Assembly: GCA_964202455.1 (NCBI GenBank)
Contig: CAXNIJ010000002.1
Span: forward strand, 5,667 to 69,666
DNA: 64,000 nt
Direction of reading: 5' to 3'
Source of the DNA: Candidatus Pacearchaeota archaeon
GTDB lineage: Archaea > Nanobdellota > Nanobdellia > Pacearchaeales > GW2011-AR1
Part shown: in pieces, positions 30,372 through 39,644 of the stretch
How positions within the stretch are numbered: position 1 is the stretch's first letter
Layout: each line of letters begins with the position of its first letter
Translations under genes and position numbers: made by a program
The notes under the pieces: model-generated
The model's database searches: none
What the model was told of the DNA's origin: nothing
Seen by the model: only the letters and a program-made list of their open reading frames with translations

Positions 30372-31097
30372 ATGCAAGAAATACTTAAAGAATTTGGACT
30401 TTCTGACAACGAAGCAACTGTCTACATAGCGCTATTAAAGATAGGAAATAGCACCGCTAATCGAGTAGCTGAAATAACGGGATTAAAAAGAAGCACAACC
30501 TACGACAATCTGAATCTTCTGATATCCAAAGGTATTGTTTCTACAATAATCAAAGGAACCACACATTACTACGAACCAGCTGATCCAGATAAATTGATTT
30601 ATCTCTTGGATGAGAAGAAGTCTAGAATACAACAAATTATCCCCAAGCTAAAGAATCTGAAAGAGAGTATAAAAGAAAAAACTGGCGTAACATACTTTGA
30701 AGGTAAGAAAGGAGTGCTTACAGTACTTAATGATATTCTCTATCAAAAGAAAGAATTATGGTTTTATGGTTCCAGAAAGAAGGCATCTATAGTATTAGAA
30801 CATTATCCAGATGATTTTATCTTAAAAAGAGCTCAACATAAGGTATTTTTAAGAGCAGTTCTTGCGGAAGAAGATAGAGGACATCAAGCATATAAAGAAA
30901 AAGAAATAATAAAGTTATCAGATGTACGATTTTCTAAAGAGCTTAAAGATATAACTTCAAACGTGTTCATCTATGGAAATCGTGTGGCGTTTATGAGCTC
31001 TGGGCAGAATCCTGTTGGAATTATTATTATAAATTCGGAGATATTAGAACAGCAGAAAAAGATATTTGAGATTCTTTGGAAGATCTCAAAAAAGTAA
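30372..31097 (+). CDS. TrmB-family transcriptional regulator
   Basis: GLSDNEATVYIALL...RSTTYDNL HTH, YFEGKKG, IYGNRVAF. Confidence 0.92.
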   Translation: MQEILKEFGLSDNEATVYIALLKIGNSTANRVAEITGLKRSTTYDNLNLLISKGIVSTIIKGTTHYYEPADPDKLIYLLDEKKSRIQQIIPKLKNLKESIKEKTGVTYFEGKKGVLTVLNDILYQKKELWFYGSRKKASIVLEHYPDDFILKRAQHKVFLRAVLAEEDRGHQAYKEKEIIKLSDVRFSKELKDITSNVFIYGNRVAFMSSGQNPVGIIIINSEILEQQKKIFEILWKISKK

Positions 31098-31414
31098 CTT
31101 TTCTTCTTTTTAGCCCCTTGCGCAGCAAGATAGAATATGTCTGTGGGCTATTTCACATTTTTGAAGGTAAAATAGCGACGATGAAGCACTCAAAAAAGGC
31201 AGATTATCGCAGGGCTAGAATTACAGATTTTATTATCTTACCTAAAGAGTCAGTAGCGCCCAAAAGGAGTATATGGGGGCTGACTCTTCTGCCTTTTTCC
31301 CTCAATTTACCGACGAGAATCTGAAAAAGTAGTGGAAAAATCGCAGGCGAATTTCACGCATTTTCACCACGCACCCCTCAAAAAGAATAAAAACTACCTC
31401 CAATCATATACTCT

Positions 31415-31741
31415 ATGTATGGGAACAAAATTATTGAAAAAGTAGAGGTGGAGAAGTTTCTTGCGTTAATAGCAAAGTATCTACCGCATCAAATAGAATG
31501 CACGCGGCATACTTTTTTTAGACTCAATGAAAAACAAAGACAGATTTATACTGAAAAAGAAATTTGTCGTATCATTATTCAAGAAAGACCATTTCTAGTA
31601 GGTTTACAATCCAATGGTAACCATGCGGTTTTTTACAAATACCAAGGCAAAATCCTCAAAATTCTTGTAGCTCTCGAGACTAGAAAGATTAATATAGTAA
31701 CTTTCTATTTTATCAACGAGTGGCAGGTACCCAAACTATGA
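31415..31741 (+). CDS. Putative RelE-like/DUF4258-type toxin
   Basis: TRHTFFRL...IVTFY pattern; overlaps a DUF2283-like partner. Confidence 0.6.
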   Translation: MYGNKIIEKVEVEKFLALIAKYLPHQIECTRHTFFRLNEKQRQIYTEKEICRIIIQERPFLVGLQSNGNHAVFYKYQGKILKILVALETRKINIVTFYFINEWQVPKL

Positions 31742-32112
31742 AGAATGAAGAACGACATTTAGAAGGCAAAGGAGTAATGGATTATGATTATGTAAATGAT
31801 ATTCTATTCTTTAAAATAGATGATCGCGAGTATGACAGGTCATTAGAGTTTAATAATATGGTGATAGATATTGATAAAGAAGATTTTGTTGTAGGTTTGC
31901 AAATATTAGATGCTTCTCAATTCTTGAATATTTCAAAGGCTAATCTTAAAATAAACAAATGGCAATTTAAATCAAGAATTACCCCCGAGTCTATTGAGAT
32001 TAGGCTTACATGCCAAGTGAATATTAGAAATAAGATTAGAGAGCTTAATCCAATCATTGTTCAGCAAAATACAGAACAATTACCTAATTCTCAGATGATT
32101 TCTGCTGCTTAA
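31738..32112 (+). CDS. DUF2283-like putative antitoxin
   Basis: YDYVNDILFF...IDIDKEDFVVGLQILDAS; ATG overlaps the toxin stop (ATGA). Confidence 0.75.
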   Translation: MKNEERHLEGKGVMDYDYVNDILFFKIDDREYDRSLEFNNMVIDIDKEDFVVGLQILDASQFLNISKANLKINKWQFKSRITPESIEIRLTCQVNIRNKIRELNPIIVQQNTEQLPNSQMISAA

Positions 32113-32250
32113 ACCTATTTAATCCATTTTCCTCGAAAAAGCCCATCAGGCACAGAGAAAGAATATGTCTGTGGGCAAATTTCACTCTTTCGAAGAATTC
32201 AAAGAAGAGAAAGCCAAAAATACTCTAAAAATCGATGGGCAACTTTACCA

Positions 32251-32695
32251 TTAATTCACTATAATCTCTTCTTGCATCATCTGTTCTTGCAACTGCTGCG
32301 TCAATTCAGAAATATAAGTCATCTGCCGATGCAAATCCTTAACCTCTTCCTGTAAAATATCATTCTGCTTCTTTGTAGCAACCAAATCTTTCTCAATCTC
32401 AGTCCGAGTCACATCCATCAGCATGTCTTCTTCATTAATGGTGTCTTTCATACCTAAGAGTTCAGAATAATAATGGATCTTCTCACTCTTTTTCCAACCG
32501 AAACGATATTTCAACGCAGACTCGGATTTATAGCGTGGCAACCAATAACAGGAGGAACAATGTCTGAAGTCATACATCGTTAATTCACAATACTTCTGCC
32601 GCGCAGGACTCTCAGCATCTCCTAGAACTCTTTTAGCCAATCGTTTCAAATAGCGGTTCACCACAGGTGGACTGATGGGAAAGATGTACTTTTTG
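32251..32695 (-). pseudogene. Tyrosine integrase, C-terminal half only
   Basis: YIFPISPPVVNRYL...YDFRH...RFGW...HYY; the first catalytic Arg and the N-terminal domain are absent. Confidence 0.8.
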
Positions 32696-32855
32696 GAGAG
32701 AAAATGTTTGTTGACCTAGCTAAAAAGTCAAAGCTGGATGAGTTGCATGGTACAATAATAACTTCTTCATTAGAAGAATTTAAGAAATCAATTTAGTAAT
32801 AATCCATACATCGCTTATTTATTCACATGAAGATGCCAAAAGTGTCCAGATGCTT

Positions 32856-32866
32856 CCTCCCGCATT
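32856..32866 (+). repeat. 11-nt copy of the tRNA-Leu 3' end (possible att remnant)
   Basis: CCTCCCGCATT is identical to 28738-28748 and lies just beyond the integrase fragment. Confidence 0.4.
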
Positions 32867-32932
32867 TTACCTTTAACAATAATCAATCTTGAAATCAATC
32901 ACATTTTTAAGTTCAATTAACAATAAAGATAT

Positions 32933-33976
32933 ATGAAAAATAAAAAAAAAGTAGTTGTAATTGGAGGAGGATTTGCAGGATCAACAATTGCAAGAAAATT
33001 AGAAGGTGATTTTGATGTAACTCTTATAGACAATAAAGAATATTTTGAATTCACTCCAAGCATTTTAAGAGTAATTGTAGAACCAAAACACTTAAAAAAA
33101 ATTCAAGTATTACATAAAGATTATCTAAAAAAATCAAAAATAATTTTGGGAGAAGTAAAGAGTATTAATTTAAAGGAAGTTTTAGTTAATAAGAAAAAAA
33201 TACCGTTTGATTATCTTGCCCTATGTTCCGGTTCAAGGTATTCGTCTCCTATTAAAGCAAATCACGCAATTATTCCTTCGAGAGCAAAAACACTTTTTCA
33301 AGCATCTAAAAATCTAGAAAAGGCAACTAAAATTTTAATAATTGGGGGAGGTTTAGTAGGGATAGAACTTGCAGGAGAAATCTGTGAAAAATATCCAGAT
33401 AAGCTTATAACTCTTGTTCACGCTTCTCCAGAGATACTAGAAAGACACAATAAAAAAACACGAAAATATGTGATAAATTATTTAGTAAACAAAAAAGTTC
33501 AAGTAAGAACAAATCAGCGCATAGTTAAATGGAGCAAAAACTCATACTTCACAGATAAGGGGGAAAAAATACAAGCAGATATGGCCTTCTTCTGTACAGG
33601 GATTATTCCAAATACGGAATATCTTAAAGAAAATACTCTTAAAATACCTTCGATTAATGAAAATAAAATAGAAGTAAATTCTTTTCTTCAAGTATCAAAA
33701 TATCAAAATATCTTTTCTGCAGGAGATGTAAATAATATTCCTGTAGAAAAAACGGCGCAAAACGCAGAGCAACAAGCAAATATTATTTATAAAAACATTA
33801 GATCACTTGAAAAAAATAAACCTTTAATAGAATATCATAATAGAAAAAATCCAGTAGTGATTAGTCTTGGAAAAAGAAAAGGAGTTTTAGAATATAATAA
33901 TATAGTCATTACTGGATTTATTCCAAGCATATTAAAATGGTTCATCGAAAAGAAAGAAATGTCAAAATATAAATAA
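32933..33976 (+). CDS. FAD-dependent pyridine nucleotide oxidoreductase (NDH-2/AIF-like)
   Basis: GGGFAG, GGGLVGIELAGE, IFSAGD. Confidence 0.9.
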   Translation: MKNKKKVVVIGGGFAGSTIARKLEGDFDVTLIDNKEYFEFTPSILRVIVEPKHLKKIQVLHKDYLKKSKIILGEVKSINLKEVLVNKKKIPFDYLALCSGSRYSSPIKANHAIIPSRAKTLFQASKNLEKATKILIIGGGLVGIELAGEICEKYPDKLITLVHASPEILERHNKKTRKYVINYLVNKKVQVRTNQRIVKWSKNSYFTDKGEKIQADMAFFCTGIIPNTEYLKENTLKIPSINENKIEVNSFLQVSKYQNIFSAGDVNNIPVEKTAQNAEQQANIIYKNIRSLEKNKPLIEYHNRKNPVVISLGKRKGVLEYNNIVITGFIPSILKWFIEKKEMSKYK

Positions 33977-34744
33977 CTATAAATTAAACAACTTTGTAGG
34001 TTCTTCACCTAATGAAACATGGACTTCGGCTCTGAAATCTTTTCTTTCCTTAAGTAAAGAATTAAAAGTCTTTAATGCAAGTTCTGGAGTGTTGTTTGTT
34101 CTGCTTAAATGAGACAATATAACGTGAAGAAGATTTGGAGATGCACATTCTAAAACACAAAGTCCAGCTTGAAGATTAGATAAGTGCCCCAGATCACTAG
34201 AAATCAACTTCTTCAAAAAATAGGGATATGGTCCTTTCTCAAGCATCTTCTCATCATGATTTGACTCTAAGAAGAGAAAGTCAGAATCAGAAATATGCTT
34301 TTTAATATTTTTACAGGCATATCCTGCATCAGTAATTACTGCTACTCGCTTTTTATCAACAACTGTATATGACACAGGTTCAGCAGCGCCATGAGATTTT
34401 GAAAAAGATTCAATAAATAACTTACCTATTTTCAATTCGTCTCCAGAGCGAATAGCTTTCAATAGTTTCTCATCAGAGCAAATAAATCCATTTTGAAGAG
34501 TTTTTTTTGTGGCATAAACTGGAATTCCTAGTTGCCTAGCTAATACATCTGCTCCTCTAATGTGATCAATATGTTCATGAGTAATAAATAACGCTTTAAC
34601 TTTCTTAGAATCAAGTCCCAACATTCTCATCCTCTGAATAATTTGCTTAGCACTTATCCCTGCATCAATAAGAACTGCTTCTTTAGAATTTCCAATGTAA
34701 AAACAATTACCACTTGATCCGGAAGCCAAAGCTGTAACTTCCAT
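33977..34744 (-). CDS. Metallo-beta-lactamase-fold hydrolase (YycJ/WalJ-like)
   Basis: LASGSSGN, THEHIDH, ESNHD, GHLSN, HLSRTNN. Confidence 0.9.
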   Translation of the reverse strand: MEVTALASGSSGNCFYIGNSKEAVLIDAGISAKQIIQRMRMLGLDSKKVKALFITHEHIDHIRGADVLARQLGIPVYATKKTLQNGFICSDEKLLKAIRSGDELKIGKLFIESFSKSHGAAEPVSYTVVDKKRVAVITDAGYACKNIKKHISDSDFLFLESNHDEKMLEKGPYPYFLKKLISSDLGHLSNLQAGLCVLECASPNLLHVILSHLSRTNNTPELALKTFNSLLKERKDFRAEVHVSLGEEPTKLFNL

Positions 34745-34745
34745 A

Positions 34746-35252
34746 TTATATCGGACAAGCATTTAAGCTTTTTTTCTTTAAATATTGTTGATGATATTCT
34801 TCCGCATCATAAAAATTTTTAGCCTGTGAAATCTCTGTAACAATTTTCTTCCCTATCTTTTTCTCTTGTAATTTTTTAGATTTCTCAGCAATCTCCTTTT
34901 GTTCACTATTTAGATAAAATATTACGGAACGATATTGTGTCCCTATATCTGCGCCTTGTTTATTTATCTGAGTGGGGTCGTGCAATTCCCAAAAAATTTC
35001 AAGCAATTTATTATAAGAAACTTTCTCTGGATTATAGATTACTTTAACAGTCTCGGCATGTCCAGTAGAGCCAGCACAGACTTTCTCATAAGTTGGACCA
35101 CTAACCTCTCCTCCAGAATAACCAACACTAGTAGAAACTACTCCTTTAATTTGTGAAAATGTCAGTTCAACACTCCAAAAACATCCAGCGGCAAATCTTG
35201 CCTCCTCTACCTTAGTCATCTTCACCACTTTCATAAATGCGAATAGAAACAA
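34746..35252 (-). CDS. msrA: Peptide methionine sulfoxide reductase A (start probably 35219)
   Basis: FAAGCFW, TGHAE, HDPT...QGADIGTQYRS, AEEYHQQY. Confidence 0.96.
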   Translation of the reverse strand: MFLFAFMKVVKMTKVEEARFAAGCFWSVELTFSQIKGVVSTSVGYSGGEVSGPTYEKVCAGSTGHAETVKVIYNPEKVSYNKLLEIFWELHDPTQINKQGADIGTQYRSVIFYLNSEQKEIAEKSKKLQEKKIGKKIVTEISQAKNFYDAEEYHQQYLKKKSLNACPI

Positions 35253-35396
35253 GCTAATTTAAATCTTCGCACACTTAAAAAATAAATATCTAGAAACTCT
35301 CCCAGGTTTGTACTAAGATTATCAATCTTTTTAAGTATATATACCTTCCGTTTTCCGTCAGCAAAGATTTAAAAGCTTTTCTTAAGAAAAAAAGAC

Positions 35397-35726
35397 ATGA
35401 AAGGAATGTATTTCTGTAAAGAATGTGGAAAAATACTCGAATTAGAAAAAGAAACAAATATAGGAAAATGTAGCTGCGGCTTTACAACTACTTTACCAGA
35501 AATAAATTTCTCAAATCATATAGAAAAAGAAGAATTAGGATCAGGTATTTTAGAAGAAGACTCTTCTTCAGGAGGATTTCCTCATATATGCAAAAAATGC
35601 AGCCATGGTGAATGTGATGTTGCAGACCTCAATCCCCCCTATAGCGATGAATCCAATATATATCTCTATAGATGTAAAAAATGTAAATTCGTAGAAAGAC
35701 AAGCGGATGGTACTGGCAATTCTTAA
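35397..35726 (+). CDS. TFS/RpoM-like transcript cleavage factor
   Basis: Two Zn ribbons; the C-terminal one carries an SDE acidic hairpin. Confidence 0.8.
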   Translation: MKGMYFCKECGKILELEKETNIGKCSCGFTTTLPEINFSNHIEKEELGSGILEEDSSSGGFPHICKKCSHGECDVADLNPPYSDESNIYLYRCKKCKFVERQADGTGNS

Positions 35727-35732
35727 TATATA

Positions 35733-35880
35733 TTGCACAATGTATCCTGAATTAAGCAGGTTTCACCTCACGGTTGGCTCTTGGCCAATTGCCCACCCTT
35801 CAGCATCGTGCAACTCCTTTATACCTTCACTTTCTTTCATAAAGGAAATGTCGAAGAAACGATAAAATCAATCATCTCTT
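35733..35880 (-). ncRNA. Candidate small structured RNA
   Basis: 10-bp closing stem with internal hairpins including a GNRA loop; BRE/TATA at about 35903-35918; only tiny ORFs. Confidence 0.4.
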
Positions 35881-36004
35881 CAAAACTTAGAGACATAGCA
35901 AGTATTTATACCTTTCTCAATTAGCCTCTAATTAAGATAAAATAGGTCGTGCCATATACCTCACAAACCCGCAGATTTATTAATCTATATTTCGATATTC
36001 TTTA

Positions 36005-36793
36005 ATGTTCACACAAAAGAGGAATCTCGCGCTTGTACTAAGTGGTGGAAGCGCACGAGGTCTAGCTCACATTGGAATACTTGAAATTCTTGAAGAACAC
36101 CACGTGCCCATTGATACAATTGTAGGAACTAGCATGGGCGCAATTATTGGTGGTCTCTACGCCGCAGGCACTTTAAAAGAATTCAAACAAGACATATTAA
36201 AAATATCCCATAGTAAACTCATGTCTCTCTTTCTTTCACACAAAATTAGAGGGGGCAATACAACTACTGCAGAAATTGAGAGCTTTCTAAAAAAATATAC
36301 AAAAAATAAAAAGATTGAAAAGCTAGATTTATCTTTCACAGCGGTTGCAACAGATTTAAACACAGGCAAAGAAGTATTTATTGACCAAGGAAGTCTTATC
36401 AAAGCCTTGCTAGGGAGCATTTCTATTCCCGGAATTTTCCCACCGGTAAAATACCAAAAAAAACTTTTAGTTGATGGGGGAGTAGTTGATCCTCTCCCTC
36501 AACATTACGGAGAATTGATTGCAAAGAAAGTCATTGCTATAAATGCAATGCCCGCTCATTATAAATACAAAAAAACTAGCGATGTTTTCGATGTTATTTC
36601 TGAAGCAGTTGGAATTATGACAAGTGAACTAATTGCGCTAAAATCTAGAGAAAGTGTAGAATCGGTATTTATTCAGTTAGACACTGAAAACATAGATTCT
36701 TTTGACTTCTCTCGCGCTCAAGAGATAATAGAAAAAGGTAGAAAAGCGGCGCAACAAAATATAGATAAAATTATTAAATTAGTACAAGTATAA
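36005..36793 (+). CDS. Patatin-like phospholipase
   Basis: LSGGSARG, GTSMG, VDGG. Confidence 0.93.
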   Translation: MFTQKRNLALVLSGGSARGLAHIGILEILEEHHVPIDTIVGTSMGAIIGGLYAAGTLKEFKQDILKISHSKLMSLFLSHKIRGGNTTTAEIESFLKKYTKNKKIEKLDLSFTAVATDLNTGKEVFIDQGSLIKALLGSISIPGIFPPVKYQKKLLVDGGVVDPLPQHYGELIAKKVIAINAMPAHYKYKKTSDVFDVISEAVGIMTSELIALKSRESVESVFIQLDTENIDSFDFSRAQEIIEKGRKAAQQNIDKIIKLVQV

Positions 36794-36822
36794 CTTTAAT
36801 CTTTTTTTTAGTGCAATTATTA

Positions 36823-36975
36823 TCAATCATTGTCTTTTTTTATTGGTTCTCTGTTTAATGGTGGCCTTTCTGCTATAACTCTTAGACTTATTGCAATATC
36901 TAGTAAATTTGCTTCGATATTCTTAGAAGATTCAGCAATTCTAGATATCTTTTCAGTTATTTCTTTTTCATCCAT
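36823..36975 (-). CDS. Small hypothetical protein (50 aa)
   Basis: MDEKEITEKISRIAES...; TATA-like box upstream. Confidence 0.35.
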   Translation of the reverse strand: MDEKEITEKISRIAESSKNIEANLLDIAISLRVIAERPPLNREPIKKDND

Positions 36976-37082
36976 TTTAAATTAAGATTATCTTCTTTTT
37001 TATACCTTATCTATAATTAATTAAGTTAAAAAAAATAATTCGATTCTTCTAGACCCTCAGACGAGAAATACTTGAGTGAATA

Positions 37083-37170
37083 CGTCAGAAACTCCGTTTC
37101 TGAGCGCCTCGAAAACCGAAGGTTTTCTCAGCTTCGCGAAAGTCGCCACGGAGCAAAGCTCTGTGAGCGC
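37083..37170. repeat. Tandem-hairpin repeat type A plus extra hairpins
   Basis: CGTCAGAAAC-TCC-GTTTCTGA-GCGCCTC-GAAAACC-GAA-GGTTTTC-TCAGC, then CACGGAGC-AAA-GCTCTGTG. Confidence 0.8.
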
Positions 37171-37741
37171 TTCGATTCCTCACGCCCAGACGAGACTTCT
37201 ACTAACGCATAGGGGAATTGAAATCTTTTTACAAAAGATAATAACTCCTAATCATATTGCCAGAAGGATTTAAAAGTCTGAAGATACATATGAAGTCATG
37301 GGAAAGAAGCTCGAGGGGTTCGGAGGATGGTTACTATTCTATGTTATTGTTTTAATATTGAATATTTTTTTCCTTATTTCTGAATTATCTCCTTCATGGA
37401 ATATTCAAAGTCCTCAATTTTACGACTTTATGATTATTTCAATAGATGGAATTATGTTAATATTTAGTGTTGACGTTCTTTGGGTGACTTTGAAAAAGCG
37501 TAAGGAAGCGATTCATTTGAATAAGCTTCTATTATGGCTCAGATTCTGTATTCCTCTAATTTTTATAATCTACTTTCGTCATGTAGGAATAAATGAAGAT
37601 AAAATGAACGATTTGATTGGACAGGCATTTGCTATGTTTTTAGGTGCGAGCATATGGTCAAGTTATTGGGATAAATCTGTACGAGTTAAAAATACCTTCA
37701 GACATTAAGATTCTCCGTTCGATTCCTCACGCCCAGACGAG
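37171..37741. mobile_element. One-gene insertion at the tRNA-Ser 3' end bounded by 24-bp direct repeats
   Basis: TTCGATTCCTCACGCCCAGACGAG occurs at both 37171-37194 and 37718-37741. Confidence 0.7.
37298..37708 (+). CDS. DUF2569-like membrane protein
   Basis: GFGGWL N-terminus, four TM helices, IW..YW.KSVRVKNTF C-terminus. Confidence 0.75.
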   Translation: MGKKLEGFGGWLLFYVIVLILNIFFLISELSPSWNIQSPQFYDFMIISIDGIMLIFSVDVLWVTLKKRKEAIHLNKLLLWLRFCIPLIFIIYFRHVGINEDKMNDLIGQAFAMFLGASIWSSYWDKSVRVKNTFRH

Positions 37742-37811
37742 GAATCGAACCTCGAAATCCTTGCGGAAACCGGTTTTCGAGACCGGCGCAGTACCATTGT
37801 GCCATCTGGGC
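37730..37811 (-). tRNA. tRNA-Ser(CGA)
   Basis: GCCCAGA/TCTGGGC acceptor stem, CCGGT-CT-CGA-AA-ACCGG, long variable arm, CGAGG-TTCGATT-CCTCG. Confidence 0.95.
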
Positions 37812-37891
37812 TTCTTCCCAGAAAGAAATTAGTCTCTTTAAGCTTTTTCATGCATCGAAGATTTTAAATAGTTGAATAACTTTTAGTACAC

Positions 37892-38368
37892 ATGAAAGAG
37901 ATTGTTGGAATTCGCACGTTAGCTCTACTGCGAATTACTCTGGGACTAATTTTTCTCTGGGCATTCTTTGATAAATTATTTGGTTTAGGATTTGCAACAA
38001 CTCCAGATAAATCTTGGCTTAATGGAAATTCTCCAACTTTTGGATTCTTATCAAAAGCAGTGCATGGGCCGCTCGTAGATTTCTATCATGCTTTAGCTCC
38101 AAGTCAATTAGTTGCATGGTTATTTATGCTTGGACTTTTAGGCATAGGCATATCTTGCACTTTCGGAATTGCAACACGTCTAGGATGCATATCTGGCGCA
38201 ATTATGTCTTTCTTTATGTGGACAGCACTATTACCCCCAGCAAACCATCCATTTTTAGATGAACATATAGTTTACATCTTTGCGTTTATTGCAATAGCAT
38301 TCTCAAAGTCAAGAATTTGGGCTATCTCAGAAACAAAGCTACTAAAAAAATACGATACCCTTAAATAA
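37892..38368 (+). CDS. DoxX-family membrane protein
   Basis: LRITLGLIFLWAFFDKLFGLG, NHPFLDEH. Confidence 0.85.
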   Translation: MKEIVGIRTLALLRITLGLIFLWAFFDKLFGLGFATTPDKSWLNGNSPTFGFLSKAVHGPLVDFYHALAPSQLVAWLFMLGLLGIGISCTFGIATRLGCISGAIMSFFMWTALLPPANHPFLDEHIVYIFAFIAIAFSKSRIWAISETKLLKKYDTLK

Positions 38369-38398
38369 GTTTATTAACTCTTTTTATTTATCAAAAAA

Positions 38399-38965
38399 AT
38401 GAAATCAATTTTCATCATAGAACACCTCGAACCAGAGATTGGAGAATGGACTTTAATAGAATATAAACACATTTCTAAAATTGTAGGAAAAGAAAACCTC
38501 TGGTTCACAAATGTTGCAAAGAACGGAGATCAAACTACACTCTCTCCCTATGGTAAAGTCAGCACAGAATCCATAAAACACATCAAACTAGTAAATGCTT
38601 GCATCCTCGACCCCGAAGCCCCACTACTTTTAACACCTAAAAATTCAAGTAAATTTCAATATTTTATTTTCGGAGGAATTTTAGGAGACAATCCTCCAAG
38701 AAAAAGAACTAAAGAAGAACTTACGCAATTTCTCAAAAATCTTCCTACATTCAACATCGGCGCAATGCAAATGAGCACAGACAACGCAGTCTACACAGTC
38801 AAAAAAATAGTAGATGGCACTCCGTTCGAAAAGATTCCATTCAAAGATGAAATAGAAATAGAAATTAATGACGTAGAATCAACTATACTACCCTATCGCT
38901 ACGCTCTAGTCAAAAACAAACCACTTATGAGTCCAGAACTTTTAGAGTATTTGAAAAGCCATTAA
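38399..38965 (+). CDS. SFM1-like SPOUT methyltransferase
   Basis: IIEHLE, LDPEA, FGGILGDNPPRKRT, QMSTDNAV, LPYRY. Confidence 0.88.
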   Translation: MKSIFIIEHLEPEIGEWTLIEYKHISKIVGKENLWFTNVAKNGDQTTLSPYGKVSTESIKHIKLVNACILDPEAPLLLTPKNSSKFQYFIFGGILGDNPPRKRTKEELTQFLKNLPTFNIGAMQMSTDNAVYTVKKIVDGTPFEKIPFKDEIEIEINDVESTILPYRYALVKNKPLMSPELLEYLKSH

Positions 38966-38998
38966 AGTGACCATCTCTTTTTTTTGAAAGAAGAAAAA

Positions 38999-39631
38999 CT
39001 ATTTGATGAGTCTTTTTTTATCCCCAATAATTTCTATAGCTTCTCCATCCCTCAAATTTTCTACAGAATAGTTAACTTTCTTTCTGAATTCTCCTATTTC
39101 AGCCCTTAGTTTATCTTTATAATGAGGAAATAATACAAAATTAGTAAAATTTAGTCCTCTCAGATTATGAAGCTTAATAAAATTTTCATCTGCTTCGCTC
39201 CCCCATCCTGCAAGTTCTATGCTCTGAGAAAGAATAATGCTCCCAGCACTTACTCCAACATATAATTTGCCATTCAGAAGATGTTTCCTTATAATTTTAT
39301 CAAATCCCGTTTTTCTGATTCTGTCTAAAATGTAAAATGTATTTCCTCCACACATATAAATTACATCGAAATCGCAATGATTTTTGGCATTTATTGCTTG
39401 AGTAATATCTAGATAATTAATATTTGACCGAGATATTCCTATCTTTCCCAACTCTTCCCCAACCATCTTAACATATTTCTTATGACTTGCTTTTCTAGCA
39501 CTATGTACGACGATAACTTTCTTCTCTTTAGGATTACCATCGAGTAAACTTCTAAATTCTCTTCTTAAGCCTGGGGTACTAAGACCATTTGAAGTCAGGA
39601 AAATTCGCATCACTCTTATGACAAGTAACAA
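38999..39631 (-). CDS. Peptidase E (S51)-like protein
   Basis: LTSNG, GGNTFY, GVSAGS, PHY. Confidence 0.88.
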   Translation of the reverse strand: MLLVIRVMRIFLTSNGLSTPGLRREFRSLLDGNPKEKKVIVVHSARKASHKKYVKMVGEELGKIGISRSNINYLDITQAINAKNHCDFDVIYMCGGNTFYILDRIRKTGFDKIIRKHLLNGKLYVGVSAGSIILSQSIELAGWGSEADENFIKLHNLRGLNFTNFVLFPHYKDKLRAEIGEFRKKVNYSVENLRDGEAIEIIGDKKRLIK

Positions 39632-39644
39632 TATTATTTAAATC

